Virus record (IMG/VR): IMGVR_UViG_3300025162_000016
Coordinates: 62,001-126,000 of that record
Reading direction: 5' to 3' (one strand)
Length of the DNA stretch: 64,000 bases
Below, one piece after another: positions 9,424 through 18,762 of this stretch. The notes beneath the pieces are model-generated. The model did no database searches, was not told the origin of the DNA, and worked only from the letters and a program-made list of their open reading frames with translations. Numbering within the stretch: position 1 is the first letter of the stretch; every line of letters starts with the position of its first letter. Made by a program: the position numbers and the translations under genes.

Positions 9424-10503
9424 ATGAATGAACGAAAATTATTAGTAGAAGTCCAGACTTTCAGTGCCAATCCGAGAATGCTTCGGGAATCACTCGAAAA
9501 GCCGAATGCCCCATTTCGAGTCGAAGGTGTTTTACAACGGGCAGAAGTTCAAAACCAAAACGGTAGAGTATATCCAAAACAAGTCTTAATGCGAGAAGCA
9601 CAAAAATATGCCGATACGTTTATTCGTGAAAGACGGGCGCTCGGTGAACTCGACCATCCAGACTCCTGTCTAACGCAATCAGGTCAAATTCTGACCAAGA
9701 ATGGTTGGAAATATATTAAAGACATTGCGGACAATGAAGAGGTATTAACATTAAATCTTACTACTAATAAACCGGAGTATAACACAATAAATAAAAAGAT
9801 AGACAGTGCATATAAAGGAAAGATGTATCATATTAAAGGAAAAAATATAGATACCACCGTTACTCCAAACCATCGATTTGTTATTGAAGATAGATATGGC
9901 AAGTTAATGCTTAAAACTGCCGCAGAATTATATGATTTAAATAAGAGTGTTAATACTCATTTAAAAATTCCGAAACTTAATGACTCCAATTATATTCACA
10001 TAGACAATAGATTCATTGATATCAAAGAGATTGATTATGATGACAGAATTTATTGTGTATCCGTTTCAAATGAAACATTTTATTGTAGGGACAATAATAA
10101 ATGTTTTTGGTCTGGAAATAGTGTAGTTAATTTAAAAAACGTTTCCCATAATGTTATCGGTATCCATTGGAGCGGTAATGATCTCATCGGCACAGTCGAG
10201 GTATTAACAACCCCCAGCGGTAACATTCTTCGTGAATTATTTCGTAATGGTATTAATGTAGGTATCTCATCCCGTGCCCTCGGTTCACTAAATAAAATTT
10301 CAGAAAGCACCTCGGTTGTAGGTGAAGACCTAGAACTAATCGCTTTTGATTTCGTCAGCAATCCCAGCACAGCAGGGGCATTTATGTTTATGAAAGATCA
10401 AAATTCATTACATGAAGGCGTTCAAAAAGCACAAAATCCGGTGAATAACAAGTGGGAATCGATAAATAAGATCGTTCGGGACATTCTTTCCAACATCGGT
10501 TAA
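9424..10503 (+). CDS. Prohead protease (T4 gp21-like) with mini-intein
   Basis: NQNGRVYP, GELDHP, NLKNVSH, GISSRALGS and DFVSNPST motifs. Confidence 0.92.
   Translation: MNERKLLVEVQTFSANPRMLRESLEKPNAPFRVEGVLQRAEVQNQNGRVYPKQVLMREAQKYADTFIRERRALGELDHPDSCLTQSGQILTKNGWKYIKDIADNEEVLTLNLTTNKPEYNTINKKIDSAYKGKMYHIKGKNIDTTVTPNHRFVIEDRYGKLMLKTAAELYDLNKSVNTHLKIPKLNDSNYIHIDNRFIDIKEIDYDDRIYCVSVSNETFYCRDNNKCFWSGNSVVNLKNVSHNVIGIHWSGNDLIGTVEVLTTPSGNILRELFRNGINVGISSRALGSLNKISESTSVVGEDLELIAFDFVSNPSTAGAFMFMKDQNSLHEGVQKAQNPVNNKWESINKIVRDILSNIG
9667..10119 (+). other. Mini-intein in prohead protease (151 aa)
   Basis: DHPDS|CLTQSG...VTPNH...IYCVSV...FWSGN|SVVNL. Confidence 0.9.
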
Positions 10504-10597
10504 ATTACCTCCAAAAAAATAAATCTCCAAAAAGATTGACATTATATCTTTATTGTAGTATGTAATTATACAACAAAGTCAAATGTAATAATGTCTT

Positions 10598-12292
10598 ATG
10601 AATGAATTAAAAGATTGGGTTATCGATAATCTTCTGGGTAAAACCAAAAAAATAATAGCTAAAAAAACGGATGAGAGTTGGTTTTTAGAAAACGGATTTT
10701 TGGAGAAGTATCATCAAATAATAAATACTACTTCATTTCTTTTTAATAATCCATCCATGTCACAACGGGTATGGCATATTATAAATGATAAACCAGCGGC
10801 GAATAAATGTAACAATCCAGAATGCAACAATTCCACTACTTTTTTATCATTTATCAGAGGATATTTGGGAACATGTTGTAATCGATGTGCTCAAAAAGTT
10901 CCAGAGACATGTGAAAAGATCAGAGCAACGAATATGAAGAAATATGGACACGCATATGGACTTCAAAGTTCGGAAGTAAAAGAAAAACGAGTTTCTACCT
11001 GTTTAGAAAAATACGGAGTGGATAATGTATCAAAATTAGACATTATAAGTGCGAGGAAAAAAGAAACTTGTCTAAAAAATTATGGGGTGTCTTGGATATT
11101 GCAGGATACTGACCGAATTCAGCATGGGGTTATGAAAAAATATGGAGTTGATAATGTACAAAAATCCGCTGAGGTTCAATTAAAAACGACGATAACACGT
11201 CGCAGTGCATTTTACGATTCATTGTTTTCCACGTTACGATTAAATGAGCGTGCGGTTCCCCTGTTTACGAAAGATGCATATATAAATGGAGGGTACTATG
11301 AAAAATATAAGTTTAAATGTAAAAAATGTTCCACTATATTTGAAGATTGTTTAGAAGATGGGGATATTCCACGATGCACCGACTGTTATAAGGGATCGTC
11401 TACGTTTGAAAAAGAAGTTACGGAATATATAAAATTAATATTGGGGACATCAGTAACAATAATCGAGAATGACAAAAAAACTCTTTCGGGAAATTATGAA
11501 CTGGATATTTTATTACCTTCTATAAACATTGCAATAGAATGCAATGGTCTTTTTTGGCATGGTGAGATGGGTGGAAATAAGTTAAGGAAATATCATCTTC
11601 AAAAGACTATTGAGTGCGAAAAGAAGAATATTCAACTTATTCATATATTTGAAGATGAATGGATAAATCATTCCGATATAGTTAAGATAAAACTTTCGCA
11701 TCTTTTGAAACAAACAAAATTAGAGACTATTTATGCAAGAAAATGTATAATAAAAGAAATTTCTTCTACTGAAAAAAATATATTTTTAAACACTTATCAT
11801 ATTCAAGGACAGGATACTAGTTCCATAAAAACCGGACTTTTTTATATGGATAAATTGGTAGGAGTTATGACATTTGGTCATAAAAGGATATTCATGAATC
11901 ATAAACAAGACAATAAATCTGAATTTGAATTAATTCGATATGCAAGCTCATCACATGTTATTGGAGGGGCCGGAAAACTCCTTAACTATTTTATAAAGAA
12001 ATATACTCCCACTAAAATAATATCATATGCGGATAGAAGATGGACATTTTATAAAAACAATTTGTATGAAAAATTGGGATTCGAAAAAGTGTCAGATGGA
12101 ACTCCGAATTATTGGTATTTCGGACGAGGAAAGGAATACAAAAGATATCATCGATTTGGGTTTAGAAAAAATGTTTTAGCGGCTCGATTGAAAATATTTG
12201 ATTCTAATTTATCCGAATGGGAGAATATGAAAAATAACGAATGGGATAGAATTTGGGATTGTGGCAATTTAAAATATGTAATGACTTTTTGA
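10598..12292 (+). CDS. Hef-like homing endonuclease with KYG repeats
   Basis: Cys-pair N-terminus, TCLxKYG repeats, ELDI..IECNGLFWH, HIFEDEW, ISYADRRW, RIWDCG. Confidence 0.75.
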   Translation: MNELKDWVIDNLLGKTKKIIAKKTDESWFLENGFLEKYHQIINTTSFLFNNPSMSQRVWHIINDKPAANKCNNPECNNSTTFLSFIRGYLGTCCNRCAQKVPETCEKIRATNMKKYGHAYGLQSSEVKEKRVSTCLEKYGVDNVSKLDIISARKKETCLKNYGVSWILQDTDRIQHGVMKKYGVDNVQKSAEVQLKTTITRRSAFYDSLFSTLRLNERAVPLFTKDAYINGGYYEKYKFKCKKCSTIFEDCLEDGDIPRCTDCYKGSSTFEKEVTEYIKLILGTSVTIIENDKKTLSGNYELDILLPSINIAIECNGLFWHGEMGGNKLRKYHLQKTIECEKKNIQLIHIFEDEWINHSDIVKIKLSHLLKQTKLETIYARKCIIKEISSTEKNIFLNTYHIQGQDTSSIKTGLFYMDKLVGVMTFGHKRIFMNHKQDNKSEFELIRYASSSHVIGGAGKLLNYFIKKYTPTKIISYADRRWTFYKNNLYEKLGFEKVSDGTPNYWYFGRGKEYKRYHRFGFRKNVLAARLKIFDSNLSEWENMKNNEWDRIWDCGNLKYVMTF

Positions 12293-12308
12293 ATCATATT
12301 TATATTAT

Positions 12309-12779
12309 ATGAAAAAACAATATCTAAAACAACTCATTCAAGAATGTGTTAATATTCTAGTCACCGAAAATTTCTTAACGGAAGATGGCGGAGCCGCAGG
12401 CGGCGGACAAGGTGGTTCTGGCGCACCGGGAACGGGAACGGGGAATGTAACTGCTAATGTGGATCCTATCCGAACTCCAAAAGCGTTCGACCATCCGAGA
12501 GACATTAAAGCGGAAGGACAGGAAGAACCACCGTTATACGTCGAATATATTGGAAAAATGCAGGGCGAAGAACCGTTTGTAATGGGAGGTCGGCGATATG
12601 AATATGTGTGGGCCAAGTATCCATCGGGGAAAAAAGACATCGGGGTTTATGTTTTTGGTCAAGATATGGTTGTTGCATATGATGTATTTCGAAAATGGTA
12701 TAATATTAATGAATCTTTCAGTCCCGGTCCTCCAATAAAACCAATCAAGTTTAGCGAACTTGTTAAAAAAATAAAATAA
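12309..12779 (+). CDS. Hypothetical, possible internal head protein
   Basis: TATTTATA box 4 nt upstream. LKQLIQE/LVTE/LTE motifs, then a Gly-rich linker. Confidence 0.5.
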   Translation: MKKQYLKQLIQECVNILVTENFLTEDGGAAGGGQGGSGAPGTGTGNVTANVDPIRTPKAFDHPRDIKAEGQEEPPLYVEYIGKMQGEEPFVMGGRRYEYVWAKYPSGKKDIGVYVFGQDMVVAYDVFRKWYNINESFSPGPPIKPIKFSELVKKIK

Positions 12780-12816
12780 GTTGCTTTTCTGTATTTTTGG
12801 TATAGCCTACGTCAAA

Positions 12817-13773
12817 ATGCAAAAACAGTTACAATATAAAGACATTATTCTTCGTCCTAACAAGTCTAACGTAAATAGTAGAAATATGTGCGATATTTCC
12901 ACATATATTGGAACAAAAAAATACGCATCTCCGGTATGTTGCGCCAATATGCAGTCTCTCCTAACACCCGAGATATGTAAAATATTTGATGATCGGAATT
13001 GGTTTTATGTTTACCACCGGATTAATGGAGTGTCGGATGTTGAAAATTTTGTAAAAACCGCCAATATAGAAAAATGGAAAACTGTATCTATATCAATTGG
13101 AATAGGAGATGAATGGTGTAATCTTATTAATCGGCTGAACATAGAGGGGTTGACAGTTGATAGTTTTACAATTGATGTAGCATTATCTCATAATAATAAT
13201 ATCATAGTCACCATTAATAAAGTTAAAGAGAAATATCCAAATGCGTATCTCACAGTTGGAAATGGATGCACTCCCGAGTGGATTAACTGGTTAGAAGATT
13301 TTGGAGTAAATTGTGCAAAAATCGGAATAGGCACCTCTGCCAGTTGTAGAACTCGTCAATATACTGGATTTGGATCAACAACGGTATCTTCGTTATTGGA
13401 ATGCGTAGATGCCGCAAAAACAATTGATATTATGAGTGATGGGGGGCTGACAATAGATAAAAATGGAGAAGTGTGGATTGGGGATGTAAACAAAGCATTA
13501 TCGCTTGGAGCCGATTTTGTAATGTCCGGAGCATTATTTTCTAAATGTTTAAATTCTCCCGCCATTATAAATGGATATTATGGAAATGCATCGGAGAAAG
13601 CAAAAGGCAATAAGACTCATATTGAAGGAGTAACAATAAAAATAGAAACAAATGGACTAACAATTTCCGAAATGTGTGATTTAATAGAAGACAGCATTCG
13701 AAGTGGAATCTCATATAGTGGCGGAACTACGTTGGCGGCGTTTAAAACTGTAAAATGGAATATTGTTTTTTAG
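12817..13773 (+). CDS. guaC: GMP reductase / IMPDH-family protein
   Basis: DIILRP, IDVALSH, KIGIG..SCRTR..TGFG, MSDGG, ALSLGADFVM, YYGNAS. No CBS domains. Confidence 0.75.
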   Translation: MQKQLQYKDIILRPNKSNVNSRNMCDISTYIGTKKYASPVCCANMQSLLTPEICKIFDDRNWFYVYHRINGVSDVENFVKTANIEKWKTVSISIGIGDEWCNLINRLNIEGLTVDSFTIDVALSHNNNIIVTINKVKEKYPNAYLTVGNGCTPEWINWLEDFGVNCAKIGIGTSASCRTRQYTGFGSTTVSSLLECVDAAKTIDIMSDGGLTIDKNGEVWIGDVNKALSLGADFVMSGALFSKCLNSPAIINGYYGNASEKAKGNKTHIEGVTIKIETNGLTISEMCDLIEDSIRSGISYSGGTTLAAFKTVKWNIVF

Positions 13774-13788
13774 TTATAAATAACAAAT

Positions 13789-14034
13789 ATGTATTATAAA
13801 ATATCAGGACAGTCGAAATCGACATCGAAATGGCAAGATATCGGAACATTTGCAGATAAAAAATTTGCACTTAAAAAATTTAAAGAATATTCTACGCAAT
13901 ATCCCAATTGCTGGTGGAAAGTAATTGGCATAAAAGAAGTGATTAAAGAGATTATAATTGCGGATTCTAAAACGAAAAATGGAAAAAAGAATACTTCCAA
14001 GATATATCGATCTGAAAAACGTGCCGTTGCTTGA
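13789..14034 (+). CDS. Small hypothetical protein
   Basis: ORF preceded by TATAAATA. Confidence 0.4.
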   Translation: MYYKISGQSKSTSKWQDIGTFADKKFALKKFKEYSTQYPNCWWKVIGIKEVIKEIIIADSKTKNGKKNTSKIYRSEKRAVA

Positions 14035-14162
14035 ACATGTCAATCACGGACAGAAAGTCCGATTTCAATATTTCAAGAACAATACGTTTTGGTATTATCA
14101 TAGGTAATTAATTTTATTGTTTTTTATTGTCTTTTCGTGTTTTTTGGTTATATGTATTCTAT

Positions 14163-14735
14163 ATGAAATTAAGTCACTGGGCGAAAGAAAAAGGAATACT
14201 TTACCGAACAGCATGGTTGATGTTTAATCGTGGACAATTAACAGGAGCATATAAATTACCTACTGGAACAATTATTATTCCAAATGAAATCAATAAAATT
14301 AAGGAAGAATATATTATTACTTATGCCAGGGTATCTTCTTCTGAAAATAAAGATAATCTCGAAACACAATCTAAAAGATTAATTGATTATTGTAATGCTA
14401 ATGGATGGAAAACTCATGAAAATATAAAAGAAATTGGAAGTGGATTGAATGATAAACGTCCCAAATTAATTAAAATTATAAATGACGGTAAGGCGTCAAT
14501 CATAGTGGTTGAACATAAAGATAGATTAAGTAGGTTTGGGTCTTCTTATATTGAATTGGCATGTAAACATTTTAACTGTAAAGTTATTTATATAAATAAT
14601 ATTCGAGAAGAAAAAGAAGATTTAGTACAAGATTTCGTAAATATTATAACTTCATTTTGTGCTAGAATATATGGTCAACGAAGAAGTAAACGAAAAACCG
14701 AACAACTAATCAAAGAACTGGAAACATCCAAATGA
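14163..14735 (+). CDS. tnpA: IS607 transposase (serine recombinase)
   Basis: N-terminal HTH, YARVSS, EIGSGLNDKR, VEHKDRLSRFG, FCARIYG. Confidence 0.93.
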   Translation: MKLSHWAKEKGILYRTAWLMFNRGQLTGAYKLPTGTIIIPNEINKIKEEYIITYARVSSSENKDNLETQSKRLIDYCNANGWKTHENIKEIGSGLNDKRPKLIKIINDGKASIIVVEHKDRLSRFGSSYIELACKHFNCKVIYINNIREEKEDLVQDFVNIITSFCARIYGQRRSKRKTEQLIKELETSK

Positions 14736-15946
14736 TTCGATCAACCAAAACAACTCTTAAATTCTCCAATACCACAAAATTGGATAATATCGACCTGTTC
14801 ATCAACGAATATCGTAGAGTTGTTTCTCTGTTTGTTGATAAATTATGGAATATGGATGATGTCAAATGCCTCCTCGATAAATCTCTAACTTCTACCGTAG
14901 ATAGTTGGTTGTCTGCTCGTTCCATTCAATGTGCCGGAAAACAAGCGTCTGGGATTGTTCGTGGTTGTAAAAAGAAACAATCCAAACGATTGTTCCAAAT
15001 ACGTAAATTCAAAAAATTGGGAATGCCTAAAAAAGCTAGGATTCTTCAAACAATTTATAATAATACTAAACTATCTAAACCAAATATTCAAATAATTCAA
15101 CCAGAACTGGATTCGAGATTTGTTGAAATTGACTTGAATAATATTACATCATTTGATGGTTGGTTGACTTTAACCAGTTTGGGAAATGGATTGAAAATCG
15201 TTGTCCCTTTCAAGAAAACGAAGCATTTTAATAAAATGTTGGAGCATGGAGTGTTAAAAGATGGAATTAGAATATCAAATGATGATATAACTTTAATGTT
15301 TGAATTGCCATCTCCGGTTAAAGTTGAAAGTGGAAAAACCATTGGGATTGACATTGGACAAATTACTACTTTAACTTGTTCTGACGGACAAATTGTAGAA
15401 GCAGATATTCATGGTCACACCTACAAATCTATCTGTGAAAAGTTATCAAGAAGGAAGAAGGATAGTAAGAATTTCAATAAGACTGATAGGCACAGGAGTA
15501 ATTATATACATTGGGCGGTGAATAGGATAAATTTAGATGGAGTAAAGAAAGTAAACATTGAGAATATTAAATATTTGAGGAGAGGAAAGAGATCTTCGAG
15601 GTTATTATCTCATTGGAACTACGCAGAATTATTTGATAAGTTGGAAGTAAGACTGAACGATGCTGGTGTCCAGATAAGTAAGGTTAGTCCGACTTATACC
15701 TCACAGAGATGCAACAAATGCGGATGGACTCGCAAGAGAAATAGGAAGGGAAAGCAATTCAAGTGTGATAAGTGCTCATATGAGTGTGATGCGGATTTGA
15801 ATGGTTCCCTGAACATTTCTTTTGATCTTGTTTCAATTGGGAAGCAGGAACGATTACAGCAGAAGAATAGGAATGGATTCTATTGGGATGTTGTGAGCAA
15901 GGAACCTATAGTTCCTAGTGTCCGGAAAACTAGAGTGTTGTCATAA
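14732..15946 (+). CDS. tnpB: TnpB RNA-guided nuclease (IS607-associated)
   Basis: RuvC motifs GIDIG, IENI and DADLN. Zn finger TSQRCNKCG..CDKC. Confidence 0.9.
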   Translation: MIRSTKTTLKFSNTTKLDNIDLFINEYRRVVSLFVDKLWNMDDVKCLLDKSLTSTVDSWLSARSIQCAGKQASGIVRGCKKKQSKRLFQIRKFKKLGMPKKARILQTIYNNTKLSKPNIQIIQPELDSRFVEIDLNNITSFDGWLTLTSLGNGLKIVVPFKKTKHFNKMLEHGVLKDGIRISNDDITLMFELPSPVKVESGKTIGIDIGQITTLTCSDGQIVEADIHGHTYKSICEKLSRRKKDSKNFNKTDRHRSNYIHWAVNRINLDGVKKVNIENIKYLRRGKRSSRLLSHWNYAELFDKLEVRLNDAGVQISKVSPTYTSQRCNKCGWTRKRNRKGKQFKCDKCSYECDADLNGSLNISFDLVSIGKQERLQQKNRNGFYWDVVSKEPIVPSVRKTRVLS

Positions 15947-16111
15947 AAGACAATAAAATTAGTAACTATAAAACAGAGAAAGGATTATTATTCCCTATTT
16001 CTCTTCAAGAAGCACAGGCAGGGAACTCTACTTTTTTAGCCGAAGATAAAGCTATTTATTTTATTCGATGGATTAGAAAATGGATTAAAACAGATAAAGA
16101 AGAAGAAAAAA

Positions 16112-16564
16112 ATGAGAATAGTAATTACCGGACATCGGATGGAGAAGATTGCTCCGTATGATTTTGGATGGATACAAACCGCCATTGACGATGTTTTAGT
16201 TGAAATAAAAACTAAAAACAAAGATTTATTAGCTTATACTGAAATGGCGAGTGGAATTGATTTGTATTTTTGCAAATCATGTATTTTGCTTGGAATTCCA
16301 TATATTGCCTGTATTCCGTTTGAAGGACAAGAAAACACTATGCAGGTGCGGGATGCCGAGTGGAGAAAGCAACTGTTGGAATCTGCCAAAGAGATAAAAG
16401 AAGTTAAAAATTCATGGATGGTGGAACACATGGATGTTGGAATCTGCGTTTTCGACGGTAACAAGGGAGGAACCGCCAATGTTTTCCAACAATTCATTGA
16501 AAAACGACGAAGTTTCTATTGGATAAATCCGGTTGGAAAAGTGACATGGAAATGTTTTCTGTGA
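16112..16564 (+). CDS. SLOG-family (YpsA/DUF1273-like) protein
   Basis: ITGHR, MASGID, IPYIACIPF..Q, NSWMVE.MD, VFDG..GGTAN. Confidence 0.7.
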   Translation: MRIVITGHRMEKIAPYDFGWIQTAIDDVLVEIKTKNKDLLAYTEMASGIDLYFCKSCILLGIPYIACIPFEGQENTMQVRDAEWRKQLLESAKEIKEVKNSWMVEHMDVGICVFDGNKGGTANVFQQFIEKRRSFYWINPVGKVTWKCFL

Positions 16565-16593
16565 TTGACTTTTCAGCATATGTCTGTTAACCT
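16565..16593 (+). promoter_or_regulatory. Sigma70-like promoter
   Basis: TTGACT-17 nt-TAACCT, with TG upstream of the -10. Confidence 0.45.
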
Positions 16594-16604
16594 GGAGTGT
16601 AAAT

Positions 16605-17132
16605 ATGAAGAAAAACGAAAAATTTCGTCGGACGGCGGAACTGACGATGAAAAAAATCCGAGAAATTTCCAGACATATTCGAAATGTCAGTGATAATTGC
16701 CTTATTTTAGGCGAAAAAATGATAGAACGGGGGGAAATCGATTTAGGAAGAAATCTTATTGCGAATGGGTATGCGCATGATTTGAGTAAGTTTACGGGAA
16801 TTGAATTTGAGTTTATGGCTCCCGGTGTAAAATATGAAGAAGAAAATGCTAAAATGAAATTAAAATTAGCAATTCATCATCATCGGCAAATAAGTCCGCA
16901 TCATGCGGAGCATTGGAATGGAATTGAAAACATGCCCGATGTATTTTTGGCCGAGATGCTATGTGATCTTAAAGCCAGATCAGAAGAATTTGGAACTTCT
17001 CTTATGGACTATATTGATAATGAAGGACTTAAACAATGGCAAATCACCAAGGAAGCCCCGATATACAAAAAAATGATTGGTTATGTAAATTTACTTTGCA
17101 CCAAACCATTTGAGAATATTGCACAGAGCTAA
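16605..17132 (+). CDS. HD-like metal-binding protein (DUF5662-like)
   Basis: HDLSK, HHHRQISPHHAEHW, EMLCD..ARS. Confidence 0.6.
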   Translation: MKKNEKFRRTAELTMKKIREISRHIRNVSDNCLILGEKMIERGEIDLGRNLIANGYAHDLSKFTGIEFEFMAPGVKYEEENAKMKLKLAIHHHRQISPHHAEHWNGIENMPDVFLAEMLCDLKARSEEFGTSLMDYIDNEGLKQWQITKEAPIYKKMIGYVNLLCTKPFENIAQS

Positions 17133-17141
17133 AATATTCCC

Positions 17142-17169
17142 TTGACTATTTCTAAAAAACCAATATACT
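17142..17169 (+). promoter_or_regulatory. Sigma70-like promoter of tagged-gene operon A
   Basis: TTGACT-16 nt-TATACT, 7 nt before ATG 17177. Confidence 0.5.
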
Positions 17170-17176
17170 CACCACC

Positions 17177-17665
17177 ATGAAAAATAGAACATCATTTGTA
17201 TCGAATAGCTCATCCAGTTCATTTATCTGCGACATTTCCGGAGAAGACATCGAGGTATATGATTTGGACTTTAAATCATCTGGATTATGCCGGTGTACGG
17301 CGGGACACGTTTTTAAGGAAGAATATCTCTTTGAATCTTATAAACATTGTATCTCACATAAGGAAATGTTCAATAAATTAATTGAGATTACTGATAGCAA
17401 AAAAGAGTGTCAATACTATCAAAAATTAAATGATATTGAATTACGAAAGGTTTATGATGAAAAAATTAAATCAAATGGAAATCCAATTGGCGGAGATTAT
17501 CCCGCAAATTGTTGCCCGATTTGTTCTATAAATGTAATTACCGATGCCGATTTGGTAAAATATTTTTTAAAGAAATTTAATGTATCCCGAGAAGATATTA
17601 TCAAGGATATTCGTGTTTTCTTCGGCGGTAGTTTTATTAAATTTCAAAGTTATATCAAGGAATAG
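17177..17665 (+). CDS. FVSNSSSSSF-tagged protein 1, Cys-rich; paralog of tagged protein 7
   Basis: MKNRTSFVSNSSSSSFICD, C..GH, CPIC. Confidence 0.8.
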   Translation: MKNRTSFVSNSSSSSFICDISGEDIEVYDLDFKSSGLCRCTAGHVFKEEYLFESYKHCISHKEMFNKLIEITDSKKECQYYQKLNDIELRKVYDEKIKSNGNPIGGDYPANCCPICSINVITDADLVKYFLKKFNVSREDIIKDIRVFFGGSFIKFQSYIKE

Positions 17666-17685
17666 AACTAATATAATTAGTAACT

Positions 17686-18759
17686 ATGACACTAATAATT
17701 GAAAACGGCATTAAGAAGTTTCGGTCGAAAGATTACAACTATAATTTTCGATTGGAGGACGGGTATTTTCAGCGATGGGGGAAAACAGTGGAGGATGATC
17801 CACAACAGTCTCCTGCTCCCGAAATTTTAGATATAGAAACATCGATTAATGGATGTCCCAAGGGAAAGGAATCCGGTAAAATCTGTAATTTTTGTTATAA
17901 AGGCAATTCGGCAGGTACGCCAGAGTATATGTCCTTTGAAAAATTTAAGAAAATTATCGATAAATTTCCTAAAGTGAATGGAATTCATTTTTTGACTCAA
18001 ATGGCAGCAGGAATTACGAGTTTTAATGCTAATCCGGATTTATTCAAAATTTTTGAATATGCTCGTCAGCAAAATATTATTCCTAATCTTACCATTTCGG
18101 GAAGGGATACTCTGACAGATGACGAAATTACAAAACTCGTCTCCCTTATTGGTGCCGCCGCATTTAGTATTTATAAAGAGGATAAGGATCAATGCTATAA
18201 ATTGATTAATCGTTTTCTTAAAGCAGGGTTAAAGCAATGCAATGTGCATTATATGATCAGTCAAGAAACGCTTTCATTTTTATATGAAATATTGAATGAT
18301 ATTAAAAACGATTCTCGTTTAACTGGGTTAAATGCAATTGTATTTTTGGGACTAAAACCTAAAGGCAGAGGAAATACATTTCATATTCTTCCATATGAAG
18401 AATACGATAAATTGGTTACGTTTTGTTTTGATAACAATATTCGATTCGGATTTGATTCCTGTGGATCGCCCAAAGTAGAGAAATCGGTATCCGAAAGCAA
18501 ACAGTTAAACGAAAAAGTTAAAAAATCTATTCTAATGGCATGTGAACGGTGTGAATCCAATTGTCATAGTTATTATATCAATGTAGAAGGAATTTCTTTT
18601 CCATGTAGTTTTGCTGAGGATATGGAAAAGGGAACAAATATACTAGAAGTAAATGATTTTTTAAATGACGCATGGAATTCTCCGGTGTCTTTAAATTGGA
18701 GGGAACGTTTGCATGGGCTGGACCGTCAGTGTCCACTTTATCCTCAGATTAGAATATGA
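17686..18759 (+). CDS. Radical SAM enzyme with SPASM/twitch-like C-terminus
   Basis: CPKGKESGKICNFC (CX9CX2C). C-terminal CERCESNC.S.YINVEG..FPCSF...QCP. Confidence 0.82.
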   Translation: MTLIIENGIKKFRSKDYNYNFRLEDGYFQRWGKTVEDDPQQSPAPEILDIETSINGCPKGKESGKICNFCYKGNSAGTPEYMSFEKFKKIIDKFPKVNGIHFLTQMAAGITSFNANPDLFKIFEYARQQNIIPNLTISGRDTLTDDEITKLVSLIGAAAFSIYKEDKDQCYKLINRFLKAGLKQCNVHYMISQETLSFLYEILNDIKNDSRLTGLNAIVFLGLKPKGRGNTFHILPYEEYDKLVTFCFDNNIRFGFDSCGSPKVEKSVSESKQLNEKVKKSILMACERCESNCHSYYINVEGISFPCSFAEDMEKGTNILEVNDFLNDAWNSPVSLNWRERLHGLDRQCPLYPQIRI

Positions 18760-18762
18760 CAT

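Larger units (their letters stand above)
14096..15969 (+). mobile_element. IS607-family element
   Basis: Serine-recombinase tnpA plus tnpB. Imperfect inverted ends (ATAGGTAATTAATTTTTATTG vs revcomp ATAGTTACTAATTTTATTG). TAT microhomology makes the left end uncertain by about 3 nt. Confidence 0.85.
13979..16161 (+). pseudogene. Phage hypothetical gene split by IS607
   Basis: MEKRILP...KVRFQYFKNNTFWY stops at the IS and resumes in frame at 15970 as KTEKGLLFPISL...TFLAEDKAIYFIRWIRK. Confidence 0.72.

Noticed and set aside
10536-10564. TTGACA upstream of the Hef-like gene
   Set aside because: No good -10 hexamer at 16-18 nt spacing, so it was not called as a promoter.
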